DNA of 64,000 nt from Dipteris shenzhenensis (taxonomy: Eukaryota): the NCBI GenBank assembly GCA_047967505.1, contig CM106538.1, one strand, 5' to 3'. Made by a program: the position numbers and the translations under genes. The notes beneath the pieces are model-generated. The model worked only from the letters and a program-made list of their open reading frames with translations. It did not search any database and had not been told where the DNA came from. How positions within the stretch are numbered: position 1 is the first letter of the stretch; each line of letters begins with the position of its first letter. This document shows positions 1 through 12,272 of this stretch, piece after piece.

Positions 1-9
1 ACAAAAACT

Positions 10-480
10 ATGTGGTCCTGCAAGCGTGTAGATGAAAATGCTCTTGAAGATTTACTTGGGATGAATTGGGGAACCAGGTCAGGTGACCAAAAGGGTGATG
101 TGTTTCAATGTCACGCATGTAAAGACAATGTGGTTATTAGATACCATTTGTCACGCCAAATGTTGTATTTAGCTTTTCAGTACAGGCGCTGGAAGAAAAC
201 AAATGGCCGGTGGCTTCCCCTAGACTCTAATGATGAAGACAATACGGGGGTAAGTTTGTCTATTGATGTTGAAGAGGGAGATGTCAAGAATGTGAATGTC
301 ACATCGCAATGGACTCTAAGGGATGTGCGAGAACACCTATTGGTCATGGAGGATGGCATGTCAGAGTCCTACTTTACCTTAAATGGTGGTAAGATCAGCC
401 ACAGTGTGGAGAAGTGCATGCATAGTGCCAATTTCATTCCTCCTGCAACTTTGAAGATTGCTAACAATGTGTTTGACTAG
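10..480 (+). CDS. Unknown ORF, frame open from the window edge; C-terminal ~75 aa weakly ubiquitin-like
   Basis: 156-aa ORF followed by AT-rich sequence. No TE motif recognised. The ubiquitin-like resemblance is only an impression from the hydrophobic pattern. Confidence 0.3.
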   Translation: MWSCKRVDENALEDLLGMNWGTRSGDQKGDVFQCHACKDNVVIRYHLSRQMLYLAFQYRRWKKTNGRWLPLDSNDEDNTGVSLSIDVEEGDVKNVNVTSQWTLRDVREHLLVMEDGMSESYFTLNGGKISHSVEKCMHSANFIPPATLKIANNVFD

Positions 481-736
481 TGCAGCATTATATTTTTTGT
501 CTGTCAAATCCTAGTTATTGCTTCAAAAGATGATGGACAATTAAATTAAAATGTTATTTCTTTTAATGTTTTCTCCTTTCAGTTCATGGTGGTAAATGTT
601 TTTCAAAAATTTTGGGGATTTTATGATTGATTTTTAGGGTTTTGATATATATTAAGGGGTAAGAGCCCTTTTTACATCACATTCTCACTTTCACATTTAG
701 AGAACCATAGAAACTCCCATCCTCAAAAGTTACTCC

Positions 737-2353
737 TTGCATCAATTGCTATTTGCCATGGATTCAGCTAGAACTGTGTTCCATGACTTCATCTCACGAA
801 CTGCATTTGCAGATCGTGAGGAAGAACTATTTTTAGTGTTTGATAGGACTTTAGATGTCCTAGGCACATATATGCGATCATATATATGCGAGCCAAGGAT
901 GACTTTTCAGCTCTCATCCTTTACATACAAGATAATTTCTCAAATTTTGCCTATACACTTGACCACACTTCAAAGAGATGGGTTCCCATAGATTACATAA
1001 AGTATCTGTTCGTAAAAGAACCCAAGTTTGTAAAGTGCTTGGCCCACTTTTGTGACAACCTTACAGATGAAGGGTTTAGGATAGTCGAAGTTCAAGACAT
1101 CCTAAATGCAGGGATCACAGGAAAATACAGGCACCAAATTCCTTTCATGGGAGATGACATTCATCTTCCTTCTCCAAGAAGGAAATTTAGAGGAAGAAGC
1201 CTCATTGTCTAGCACCCCCTCTATTAGAACTGCTGATCTGGTCGTCCCTAGACTAGACTCGGACATCTACATGGAAGAGAGTCTTGACAATCCAATAGAG
1301 GAGATGGAAGTAGCTCAAGCATTGAGCCTACTTCAAGAGCCCCCAGTAGAGCAAGAATCTGCATTGAAGACCGTTGACCCAGACTCAGAATTATGGTCTT
1401 TGTCCCCCCTCATCATCGATGGAGAAGAGTAGGCATTCCTCCATGACATAGAGATTCTTTTTGGACTATGAGAGGATGAGGCACTTGGAGTCCTATCGGG
1501 GTTCGATGTTGACACGTGTCAAAGATCCCGGGGTTTTAGGTACTGAATACTAGACAATGGAAGACTTTCTCTTGCCGACGCTGGTTTCAATGAGGGATGC
1601 AAACATGTCCATATACTATGCACAACCCTCTCCAGGAGAAAGCGTCCACCTCCCAAATGGAACATCACACAGCACCTGGTTCCATCAACATTGCAAATGA
1701 GGTGACGGCTCCGACTAGGTGCTCACCAGGATGGCTCTAATGAGGAAAAAACTACTCTTGCCCCCTCCTCTGCTTTTGAAAAGGATTCCACCCAGGGTGA
1801 CCCTGAAGTGCCCCTGATCCCACATGTGAACAATCCAGTGTCGGGACTGGCACCCTTGCCCTTCTACAAGGAGACCTATCCTAACCCAGTCTTAGAAAAG
1901 CAATGCATAAAAGATACACAGAGCTCGGTACAATATTGCCAAGAGATGTTCGAGCATCGACTAAAGGCTAGTAGAGGGTCAGACACTATTCATCCAACCC
2001 ACCTGATGGGCCACCAAGGGGAAAAATTGCTCAAGCTATTGGAGAGGGTGGAGGAAGAGGAGCACCTCAGCTTTGAGCACTCAAAAGCTCCAAATCTGAT
2101 GCAGAAGATGTTCCAAGAAGACCTAGTGTTGCATAACCTCCAAGAGGAAGGAGGCTTGTGCGGCTTCAAGGACATGTTGTCCATGGGGGAAGAAGCTTCA
2201 CCAGAGTCCTGCGACATAATGCCGGGTTGGGCTGCCTTCCTATTAGAGGTGAAAATGCCGATCGCTTCCCTGCTAAGAGTAAATCCTATCCTATGGCGCG
2301 AACTATCCAATTGGATGAACAGACAGTTCTTACCGCCAACCCCTGCCAACTAA
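737..2353 (+). pseudogene. Fragmented ORFs upstream of a Gypsy protease, probably a decayed gag/5' ORF region
   Basis: Frameshifted ORFs (737-991, 886-1212, 1106-1432, 1808-2353) lie directly 5' of the protease motif on the same strand. No diagnostic motif. Confidence 0.35.
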
Positions 2354-4699
2354 CCAATCAATGCTAGAAAAGGGTGGAACCTACCTAAGTTCCCATCAAC
2401 AAGCTAGGCCACTACTTCGAGGGTGATGACATGAATGCCTCTATCCCCATAGTCTATCAAAACCAGAAGGTTGAAGCCATCCTGGATGGGGGAGCAGGAG
2501 TGAGTGTCTACACCAAGGAATGTTGGGTGAAATGGGGAAAACCTACACTCGAATAGACCCATCTAGTAGTAAAGTTAGCTGATGGGGGAACTGCCGAACC
2601 CTTAGGAGTGCTGACTGGCATAAACATTAAGGTATTTGGACTCACATACCTCATCAGGTTTGTGGTCATGGACTTCACTTGACATCTAGGATATCAAGCT
2701 ATCCTAGGCAGGCCCTTCTTGTGAACGTCCGGCAGACTCATGCATGACTCATGCATGACTAGCATAATGATAACATCTACTTGCGGCACGAGGAAACCAT
2801 GAGAGTGGACCTGCACACCTACAAGGCCCACCCATTGTCAGGACACCTCTTTGCTGTAGAATTCGACACCACCACCCGAACCACCTCCGTAAAGCTATTC
2901 CAACCATGTGACAAGGAAAAGGATGAGAAGGAGTCTAACGACTTCTGGTATGCACCTCTCCTCAAGCCAGAATTCTCATAGAACTAGATGCACATATTAG
3001 CCAATATAGATTTCCTAGAAAGAGTAGGGTTTTAGATCACCACTCTAGAGCTCGAGGGTTTGACCCCGATGGTCCCCCTAAGAATGTTTAACATGCTCAA
3101 ACCCCGAAAGGTAAGCAAAGGAATCGTGAGGGTAAAATCAAATCTGCAAAGGCTGTCTTACATAGGTGCCACAACTGCTCACCACGAGTTCTCCTCCAAT
3201 TTGTAAAACAGGGCAAGTAGGGTAACCACCACCATCGGCTCTATAAGCACAATAAAAGAGCCCCCTTTTAGGTCCCAAATCCCCTATATCCAAAGGCAAG
3301 GCTAAGGCCAAAAGGACCACTGCTCTGGCAGAGATAGAGGAAGGAAGTGAAGATAAAGAGGACCTATAGCAGGTACCAACCCCCACTACAAGGCATGCAT
3401 GATTCAGGATCGTAACGTCTTATACCAATAGGCCAAAAGGTCTCAGGAGGATGGTTGTTCTCAAAGGTATGACAGGCCACCCCGGTCAAGGAGGGAAGCC
3501 TAGCCCCAAAAGGGCAGGACCCCTAACCCGTATTCGTCACCGATGAACTCACCCCCAATGAGGGGAATGCCTTAATAGCTCTCCTATGGGAGTACAAGGA
3601 CTACATGGCTTGGAAGTACATTGGCATGAAAGCGGTGCCTACCGTAGTAGTGCAACACACAATCCCCATGCTAGATGATGCCAGGCTAGTACGACAACAC
3701 CCCTACCCAATGAATCCTAAATACGCACTCATAGTGAGGGAAGAAATCCAGAGACTCATAGATACAAGATTCATCTATGAGATTGAGCATATGGACTGGG
3801 TATCACCCATCGTGATAGTCCTAAAGAAAAATGCAAGAATTAGGGTATGTGTGGATTTGAAAAAGGTTAATGCTGCCATGAGGTGACCACTACCCCTTTC
3901 CATTCACGGAACATGTTCTAGAAAGGGTAACCCTCGCGAAAAGGAAGCATATAGGTTCCTAGAAAAATTTTAATGGTACAATGAAGTGTTGATTGCCCCA
4001 CAAGATCAACATAAGATTGCCTTTGCAACAACAACCAAATGGGGTGTATATGCAGCCAGGGTGATGATATTTGGATTAACCAATGCCCTTGCTACCTTCC
4101 AACGAATGATGATCATGGTATTCGAAGAGTATCTAAGAGACTTTGTGGAAGTATTCTTAGATGAAATCTGTGTGAACTCGAAGTGGGATGACCACCTGAA
4201 GTACCTTAGGCTCATCCTTGAAAAATGGTGCTTGTACTGCATATCCCTTAATCCTCTTAAGTGCCAATTCTGATTCAAACATGGTATCATCCTTGGCCAC
4301 ATAGTGTCCCAAAATGGAATCTCTACGGACCATAATAAAATCAAACTCATCTTGGAGTTACCGTCCCCCACCAATGCCAAGGGAGTCCAACATTTACTGG
4401 CCACACGGGCAATTATAGGAGATTCATCTTGTTCTACGCGAACATAGCCCACCCATTATAGAAACTGCTAGTATCCTTTGAGTGTGGACCAAGGAATGCC
4501 AAACATCTTTTGAAACCCTCAAACAAGCTCTTGCCACCCCACCAGTGTTGAGGTCACCCGACTGGAATTTAATATTCCATGTCCATATTGATGCCTCTAA
4601 CTTTGCCATCGAATGTGTGTTGGCCCAACCCGAGGAGCATAATTTAGATTACCCAGTATACTTTGCAAGCCGCCAACTAAATGAGGCCGAGGTTAACTA

Positions 4700-5052
4700 T
4701 GTAGAGGAGTGTGGGGTAGAAGAGATGCATCATGGCACAAAGAATGAGAGCACAAGTGAGGCAAAATCCATGTATTAGAATGAAGGAATGACCTCCATTT
4801 TCTAGAAAGAGAGGATGGTGTAGACACCTCCCCTAAATCAGTGGCAATCAGCCCCTATATCAGTGGGACTAGCCTAAATCAAAGTAACCTCCCATGTGGG
4901 GGCCTTTGGCTTACATCATCACTTAGATCACACACTAGACACATCATAGCACTAGATGTGCCTCTACAACACACACACACACACACACATGTGACTCCCC
5001 TAGATGCACACATGCATCATAGATCAAGCCCTTGACCATAGTTATCCCAACA
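4700..5052 (-). repeat. 3' LTR of gag-only element #1
   Basis: Direct repeat of 7820-8172; contains a short (CA)n tract. Confidence 0.95.
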
Positions 5053-5330
5053 TAACCCCCCTCAAGGGTTTGCCTCTTGCAATGTCAAGGATACATCTAG
5101 ACTCATAGTTTTTCATGCCATCTCATGGTGGTCAAGGATTTTGCAAAGGTTCCCAAGGGTCAAGGTTTACAAAAAATGGGATTAACCAAACACATATCAC
5201 ATGGCCTACATCATATGGTGACCAGATGTGATTTACAAAAGACATGACATTCTTTTTGGAGTACTACTCTAGGAAAAGAACTTCAAAATTTGACCAAGTG
5301 ATGATAAACAAAAATTAAAAGACAAGTTCC

Positions 5331-6201
5331 TCAGAAGGCAAAGTCCTTGTCTTCTACCACAAAGTTGGATGCTTCTTTTGCTGATGGAGTTCTCTCTTCA
5401 ACCAGATTTGTCATAGTCCTCTTTTTCTCATTGCAAAACTTTTCAGAGTGATTATTCTTGCCATAGTATGAGCCCTTGGGGTTGATTCTATAACAATCCT
5501 TCTCAAGGTGATTGTTCTTCCCACAGTGTTTACAAGCCTTGTACTTGCTCTTTGAAAACTTCATTGCTGCAAGTGCCTCTGTATGCATTTTGCCCATTCT
5601 TGAAGTGTTCTTTTTTTCCTCTTCTTGTAAGGCACTAATGATGCCTTCTAATGAGGGTTGAGGAAGAATTTTCGAAGTAGTAACCACATTGTCAAAATCC
5701 TGAGGCATGCTCTTTAAAAGCATTGCCATAGCATCATCCTCAATGATAGGGGAATTAATTGAAGCTAGTTGTGTCATAATACTTCTCATAGTGTTGATAT
5801 GGGTAGCAACATTATCTCCCTCCATTTTAAGTTCAAAGAACTTAATTTTCAGATTTAATTTGGAAGTATGAGTGCTAGCACCAAACAATATGTCTAACTT
5901 GTGCCATGCTTCAAAAGGGGATTCTAAATCTAAAATGTGGTGTACATAGTCATCACCCAAACCTAATGCAATGATGGCATAGGCTTTATCAATTCTCTTT
6001 GCATCTACAGGTGTAGAAGGAGAGTCAAGAGTCTATGACTTTTCCTTTACCTTTTGTTATAGTTGATTCACCTTCCTAAGAGGTTTGAGTTCCTTCCTTG
6101 ACTAAGTCCCATAGATTTTCCTTCATAAGCACAAACTTTATCTTCATCTGCCAAGTATGGAATCCTTGGCCATTGAACTTGTCAATTTTATAAGTAGCCA
6201 T
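5331..6201 (-). pseudogene. gag: Copia-type gag with two zinc knuckles (second degenerate); stops/frameshift in the 5' part
   Basis: MATYKIDKFNGQGFHTWQMK... start at 6201; ORF 5331-5960 contains CKHCGKNNHLEKDC and SYYGKNNHSEKFC. Confidence 0.85.
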
Positions 6202-7039
6202 GAGAGGGTCTTACCTTTGTCAGGCAGTGTCTACTCTCTTACAAAATGACTAATTTTCTAGAACAAAGAAATCTCCCTCACCATACAAATGTGGATTTCT
6301 AGAGAAAAATTCAAAGAATCCTAATTGTTTAGCATATTCATACCATGTTGGATTCTCCCAAAGTTTCTTGGTGGCTACGGTCTTCTTCACTTTGAATTTT
6401 GTCCTTCTTGTAGTCTTCTTCAAGTGATTGGCATTAGAAGAACCTTCAGAGCTTGGCATTTTGACAAAAGATCAGTCCCAACTGAATTTCAAATGCATTC
6501 TCTGATCTGACTTTGACATTACTTCAATCCTCAAGCATCACTCTAGCATTTACTCTAGCATCAAATGTCCAAAACTATAAAAAATGCATTGCTAGACTAG
6601 CTCAACTTGGAGGACACAATTCACACAACTAAAGAAGAGTTTGAGAGGGCTTTCTATGTAAAACTAAAGCTTGAATAGCCAAGTAAGTTCAGCATAGAGC
6701 ATTGTTGAAATAGTGCGCCTTTTTGTCTGGGAGAGTTGCGCCTTTGTTGACTGTCTTTTCTCTAATTTTCTCTAATTTCTCCTTGCTCTAGCAAGCATTG
6801 GCCCCTTCAAAACTCATCAGCAGTAGGCTCTAGGCATGGACCAACTTGTGCTAGGAGGGCTCAAGCAATGGGTGAGCAGAAGAGTAGAATTATGCATTTT
6901 TTCATCTCATCTTGCTTGAATCAGTGTGGGTGGAATACACCATATCTAGGGAAATGCTCTTAGCCAAAGGAGTGCCCCATAGTGTAGAAAATCCAGCTAG
7001 AAGGGCTTGGCAAATTCTGAGAAGGAAGGAGAAAGAAAG

Positions 7040-7670
7040 TGTAAGAAAATAGTACGCAGTGGAAGATAACAACAAAACGCAAGTACACGATGGAAAGCTG
7101 GAGAGAATACAAAAAATTCTGATATACCAAACTGCTGATACAACTGATGGTTGGCTGTCCACCCGTGCGCTCTACAGACAGAGCTTCGATGGTGATCTAG
7201 ACAGATGCTGGACGGAGGACTATGAGCGTGAAGAACTGGTGATCTGATGATAGGGGGTGGCCACTTATATAGTGTAAGTGGTTGACGGTCGGCCCTGTAA
7301 TAGGCAGTCGGCCTAATAGACAGTCGGCCTGGAAGACCACCGACCCTTCAGAAAACATGCCGTCGGGCAGATGAAGGATCGCGCATAGGTCATACCGTCG
7401 GGCCTGGGGCTACCGGCAGCCCCCGGACCCTGCCGCTGGGGGCTTTGCCCCCAGACCCCCACCGGGGGCCTGCGCCCCCCGGACCCCCTGCTATCGGGGG
7501 GGCTATCGCCCCCCCGAACCCCCCCTTTGTGCAGACGGGTATCTACTCTTGGCTCCTAAGCCGTCTCATAACCATCTGGTCTACTCTAAGACCCCTTCCA
7601 GTGTCTAAACTGGGGATCCCTCCCAATATCTGATACCCATCATGGCTTCTCCTCATATGGGGGCCTTACA
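7040..7670 (-). repeat. Solo-LTR-like segment of another family inside the leader of element #1
   Basis: Ends are TGTAAG...CTTACA inverted termini, with a TATA-like CTATATAAG on the minus strand near 7265 and a GC-rich hairpin array at 7400-7530. No TSD found. Confidence 0.5.
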
Positions 7671-7819
7671 ACATTGGGTACACAGAATATTGGTGGGTTA
7701 CATGAGAGGTGGACATTTGAGCTAACTCTAACAGAAAGCTCAAAAAGAGGTGTTGGAGAAGATGATGAGGTGGCACTACCAAAATGAGTTCTACAAAGCC
7801 TACCAGCTCTGATACCAAA

Positions 7820-8172
7820 TGTAAAGGAGTGTGGGGTAGAAGAGATGCATCATGGCACAAGGAGTGAGAGCACAAGTGAGGAAAAATCCATGTATTAGAA
7901 TGAAGGAATGACCTCCATTTTATAAAAAGAGAGGATGGCGTAGGCACCTCCCCTAAATCAGTGGCAATCAACCCCTATATTAGTGAGACTAGCCTAAATC
8001 AAAGGAACCTCCCATGTGGGGGCCTTTGGCTTACATCATCACTTAGGTCACACACTAGACACATCATAGCACTAGATGTGCCTCTACAACACACACACAC
8101 ACACACACATGTGACTCCCCTAGATGCACACATGCACCATAGAGCAAGCCCTTGACCATAGTTATCCCAACA
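7820..8172 (-). repeat. 5' LTR of gag-only element #1
   Basis: Direct repeat of 4700-5052, adjacent to PBS TGGTATCAGAGC (minus strand). Confidence 0.95.
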
Positions 8173-8867
8173 AACTACACTACCACCGAGAGGGAAGGTC
8201 TCACCATGGTCTATGCAATCAAGAAGTTCAGGCACTACTCGTAGGTTCGACTCTGCCTTGTCATCCTGGTCCATGAGTGTCTAAGATTTGCTTGTGGCGA
8301 GGTCATCTTTTAGCTTCATAAGAGCTAGCTTGAGCTCATCAGCTTTGGCTCAGTAGTCTTTGGCTCTTTGTATTGCGGCATGGCCTGTGGCTTGGGCTGT
8401 AGCCATTATCGTTTGGTTGTCATGCGCAGAGAGCTGGGCCTGGATGAGACTAGATGAGAGTTGTGAGGCTTGTTCCTGCCTCCTCTATAAAATTGTGTGG
8501 GCGACCTGTGGGAGCTGTGCCATGGCTTCAAAGAGGTTTAGTTCCATCAACGTGATAACTATTTGGCCATCATGTGGCTATAGCCACCCGATGCACTATA
8601 TTGGGGCATGTTGTAAAGAATAAGGGAGAGAGATAGGAGACTCAAGTTCAGCTTTCTTCACAACACACAAAAGAGAGAGGACACAAGGTTGGAGGGTGAA
8701 GCCTTTCTTCACTTTTTGCACACAACAACAATACAATAGAAGAGGGAAATACCCTATATGTCAAAACCTAGAATACGTGGTTCATATGTGAACCCAAACC
8801 AAAAACATACATGGTAGTCTAACTACACCACGAGTACAACTAACATAAGCAGTGACATAAATGATAG

Positions 8868-11800
8868 TCATCCAGGAGATATATCGGGGGTAGAGCTTGA
8901 TATCTCAACACTCCCCCTCAAGCTCAAATCCATCTCACGTACACCAAGCAAGCTCCTAAATCTGCGAAGCTTCTCGGTACCCAATGCCTTCGTGAAAATA
9001 TCAGCCACCTGCTCCTCAGTGCTGACATAGATAAGATCAATCTCACCAGCTAGAACTTTCTCTCTCACAAAGTGATAATGCACCTCAATGTGCTTCGTTC
9101 TAGCATGATAAACTGGGTTATTAGCAAGCATGATGCTGCTAATGTTGTCATAATGAATGACAACTGCTGCATGAATTGACTGTCCCATATCTGCAAGTAG
9201 CTTCCGTAACCAAGCTACCTCACATGCAGCCATTGCTGCACCCCTGTACTCAGCCTCTGTGCTCGACAAGGCAACTGTTGGCTGCTTCTTGCTGCTCCAA
9301 CTGATGGCACCACTCCCAAGGGAAAACATAAAACCACTAGTAGATCTCCTGTCTGAGACACTACCAGCCCAATCAGCATCTGTGTATCCATGTACCTGTA
9401 ATGCACACCCAGCTTCATAAAACAGTCCATAATGCAATGTGGACTTCACATACCGCAGTATGTGCCTAGCCGCATCCAAATGTGGCTTCCTCGGTGTCTG
9501 CATAAACTGACTCACCAGCCCCACAGCATAGCTCAAATCTGGTCTGGTTATAGTCATGTAAATCAAGCTACCTACTATGCGCCTGTACATAGTAATATCT
9601 TCAAGAAGCTCACCTGTCTCTGCATTGAGCTTCACATTCTGCTCCAATGGAACAGAGATAGGCTTACAGCCTGTCATCCCATATTTGGACAGCATGTCCA
9701 AACCGTATTGCCTTTGCAACAGCCATATCCCACTCGGGGATCTAATAACCTCAATGCCCAAGAAGTAACGCAGCTCTCCCAAATCCTTCATCTCAAATTT
9801 CTGCTTCAATAGCAGCTTCACTTCATTAATGTCTGCATCACTATCACCTGTAATAATCAAGTCATCAACATAGATGACTATAAGCACAATCCCTCTGTTT
9901 GTCCTTTTCACATAAAGTGAAAAATCTGAATTGGAAATCTGAAATCCAATAGTGACAAGATATTGCCCTATCTTGTCTGACCATGCCCTCGGCGCCTGTT
10001 TTAAGCCATACAAGGCTTTGCGCAACCTGCATACAAAATCGGGGTGTGAATTATCCTCATAACCTTCTGGCTGCATCATATAAACCTCTTCCTGCAAATC
10101 ACCATGCAAGAAGGCATTTTTCACATCCATCTGATGCAAAGACCATCCCTTTGCAGCAGCCATAGCAATTACTGCTCTCACGGTTGCCATCCTTGCAACT
10201 GGGCTGAAAGTTTCCTCATAGTCAATTCCATATGTCTGCGCAAAACCTTTGGCAACCAATCTTGCCTTGTACCTGCTAACAGACCCATCAGCATTGTGCT
10301 TTACTTTGTAAACCCACTTGCAGCCAATAGCCTTCTTATCATGAGGCAAAGGCATCAAATCCCAAGTGTGGTTTGCATCCAAGGCAGCCATCTCTTCATC
10401 TATAGCTGCTTCCCAATTTTTATGCCCTGCTGCATCCTCAAAACATGTGGGCTCTGGCTCCTCTAGAACCTTGACCATATAAGCATAGTGATGTGTTGTA
10501 TACCCATCATATCTCAGCCTGTCAACTGGATACTTAATACGAGTGGACCTCCGTACAACTGGATCAGTTGCAGGAGTCTTTAAATCATGCCTGCTTTTCC
10601 TTGCACCAGGTGTAACAACAGAAGGAATTCCAAGTTCCTCATCAAGGCTCATTTCAGAGCCACTTGACTCTCCATCAACATGAGAGCTACCAGCAGACAC
10701 ATCAAACACTGGAGCATGGTCCACTTTTTCTTTTCCCTTATGTGATACCTGCACAACACTATCAGGACTGCCATGTGACGATTCACTAGATCTCAATCTC
10801 CCTGTCCATGCATTAGATCCACTAGTAGAGGACTCTCTGGGTCCACTCAAGGCTTGAGATTGCTGCTCTGCATTTATTGTAGCATTCCCATTTCCTGCAT
10901 CTGCATCTCCTACCATAACAGTTGGTGCATACCAGCTGCTCATTTCATCAAAAACAACATCTGTACTCACTTGCATTTTGCGGGTGGAAGGGTTATAACA
11001 GCGATACCCTTTCTGGTGCTGAGCATATCCAATAAAGATGCATTTTTCTGCCTTTGGATCCAGCTTTGTTCTCTTCTCATCAGGAACATGAACATAAGCT
11101 ATGCAACCAAATACCTTCAAGTGAGAAATATCTGGTTTTTGGCTTGTATACATTTCTTCAGGCGTCATGCCATGGACAGCTGCAGTGGGGTTTCTGTTCA
11201 TAATATAAACAGCAGTTGCTACTGCTTCAGCCCAAAAATAATCAGGCATGTTTTTCTCATTTAGGATCGCCCGTCCTACTTCTGCAATATGCCTGTTCTT
11301 CCTTTCTGCAACCCCATTCTGCTGAGGGGTAGACCTGCATGAGTACTTCCTTTGAATTCCCTGTTCTTTCAGATATTCACAAAATTCTTCTGAAAAGTAC
11401 TCTCCCCCTCCATCAGATCTTAGCACTTTAATATGCACACCTTTCTCTTTTTCAACCATGGCCTTAAAAGCCTTGAAATGGCTGAACACTTCACTTTTGT
11501 GCTTCATAAAATAAATCCACACCTTCCTAGTGTAGTCATCAATAAACGTCACATAATAATGGCATCCACCAATAGAAGCAGTTTTGGTTGTCCAAACATC
11601 TGAATGGATCACTTCCAAAGGTCTTCTGCTTACCTTAGCATTTTTGGGAAATGCATGTCTGGCCTGCTTACCCATTTGGCATGCTTCACATACCTTTTGC
11701 ATTCCCTCAACTCTGAATTTAGGCAAACCTACAACAATGTTTTTTGTTTGCATAGATTTCAGCCTTTGTATATTCACGTGCCCAATGCGCTTGTGCCATA

Positions 11801-12272
11801 TCTCAATATCTGCAATGACACCTCTCCCATGCGCAAACATAGCAGCTTTCACCTCAGGCATATCAACATCCAAGGTGAACATTCTGCCATTTTTGTTGCC
11901 TTTCGCAACCAAGCGGCACTTATTTTTCAAGTCCTCAACAAAGCATCCATCAGGATTAAATCTAACCTGCAGACCTTGCTCAACCATCTGGCCAACTGAA
12001 ACCAGGTTCTTAGTGATTTTTGGAACATGAAGTACATCTGCCAAGTACTTCGTTTTGCCATCCTGCATAGCCAATGGCACTTTACCAACCTGCGTAATTG
12101 GGTGCGCAGTATCATCACCTGTTTCAACATAACCTGGCTTATCCAAATTTCTAACATCATGAAACCACTCACCATGACTGGTCATGTGGTTAGAGGCACC
12201 TGAATCAACATACCAAACATCATTGCAAGCTGCAGCATCTCCTGACATGGAGTTAACCATATGCTGCATCAC
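8868..12272 (-). CDS. pol: Intact Copia pol ORF (protease, integrase, RT, RNase H), reading through the PPT into the 3' LTR
   Basis: WYVDSGASNHM, WHKRIGH..CEAC, HSDVW / RSDGGGEY / GVAERKNR, YVDDL and GYTDADWAG motifs in a 1134-aa ORF. Confidence 0.95.
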   Translation of the reverse strand: MMQHMVNSMSGDAAACNDVWYVDSGASNHMTSHGEWFHDVRNLDKPGYVETGDDTAHPITQVGKVPLAMQDGKTKYLADVLHVPKITKNLVSVGQMVEQGLQVRFNPDGCFVEDLKNKCRLVAKGNKNGRMFTLDVDMPEVKAAMFAHGRGVIADIEIWHKRIGHVNIQRLKSMQTKNIVVGLPKFRVEGMQKVCEACQMGKQARHAFPKNAKVSRRPLEVIHSDVWTTKTASIGGCHYYVTFIDDYTRKVWIYFMKHKSEVFSHFKAFKAMVEKEKGVHIKVLRSDGGGEYFSEEFCEYLKEQGIQRKYSCRSTPQQNGVAERKNRHIAEVGRAILNEKNMPDYFWAEAVATAVYIMNRNPTAAVHGMTPEEMYTSQKPDISHLKVFGCIAYVHVPDEKRTKLDPKAEKCIFIGYAQHQKGYRCYNPSTRKMQVSTDVVFDEMSSWYAPTVMVGDADAGNGNATINAEQQSQALSGPRESSTSGSNAWTGRLRSSESSHGSPDSVVQVSHKGKEKVDHAPVFDVSAGSSHVDGESSGSEMSLDEELGIPSVVTPGARKSRHDLKTPATDPVVRRSTRIKYPVDRLRYDGYTTHHYAYMVKVLEEPEPTCFEDAAGHKNWEAAIDEEMAALDANHTWDLMPLPHDKKAIGCKWVYKVKHNADGSVSRYKARLVAKGFAQTYGIDYEETFSPVARMATVRAVIAMAAAKGWSLHQMDVKNAFLHGDLQEEVYMMQPEGYEDNSHPDFVCRLRKALYGLKQAPRAWSDKIGQYLVTIGFQISNSDFSLYVKRTNRGIVLIVIYVDDLIITGDSDADINEVKLLLKQKFEMKDLGELRYFLGIEVIRSPSGIWLLQRQYGLDMLSKYGMTGCKPISVPLEQNVKLNAETGELLEDITMYRRIVGSLIYMTITRPDLSYAVGLVSQFMQTPRKPHLDAARHILRYVKSTLHYGLFYEAGCALQVHGYTDADWAGSVSDRRSTSGFMFSLGSGAISWSSKKQPTVALSSTEAEYRGAAMAACEVAWLRKLLADMGQSIHAAVVIHYDNISSIMLANNPVYHARTKHIEVHYHFVREKVLAGEIDLIYVSTEEQVADIFTKALGTEKLRRFRSLLGVREMDLSLRGSVEISSSTPDISPG

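Larger units (their letters stand above)
4700..8172 (-). mobile_element. Gag-only non-autonomous LTR retrotransposon (TR-GAG-like) #1
   Basis: 353-bp TG..CA LTRs at 4700-5052 and 7820-8172 (roughly 15 mismatches), TSD AACTA at 4695-4699/8173-8177, tRNA-iMet PBS at 7806-7817, PPT next to 5053. Copia-type gag but no pol. Confidence 0.92.
2400..8240 (+). mobile_element. Degenerate Ty3/Gypsy pol (protease-RT-RNase H), non-chromovirus Athila/Tat-like, interrupted by the element at 4700-8172
   Basis: VEAILDGGAGVSV protease at ~2470; RT motifs WVSPIVIVLKK, CVDLKKVN, FGLTNA; RNase H FHVHIDASNFAI...YFASRQLNEAEVNY resuming at 8173 as NYTTTEREGLTMVYAIKKFRHY. Many stops and frameshifts. Confidence 0.9.

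Noticed and set aside
7630-7641. TCTGATACCCA as an extra PBS
   Set aside because: Imperfect match and not adjacent to an LTR end.
9215-12175. Many short overlapping or antisense ORFs over Copia pol
   Set aside because: Shadow ORFs of the pol frame with no independent motifs; the same applies over Copia B, C and D.
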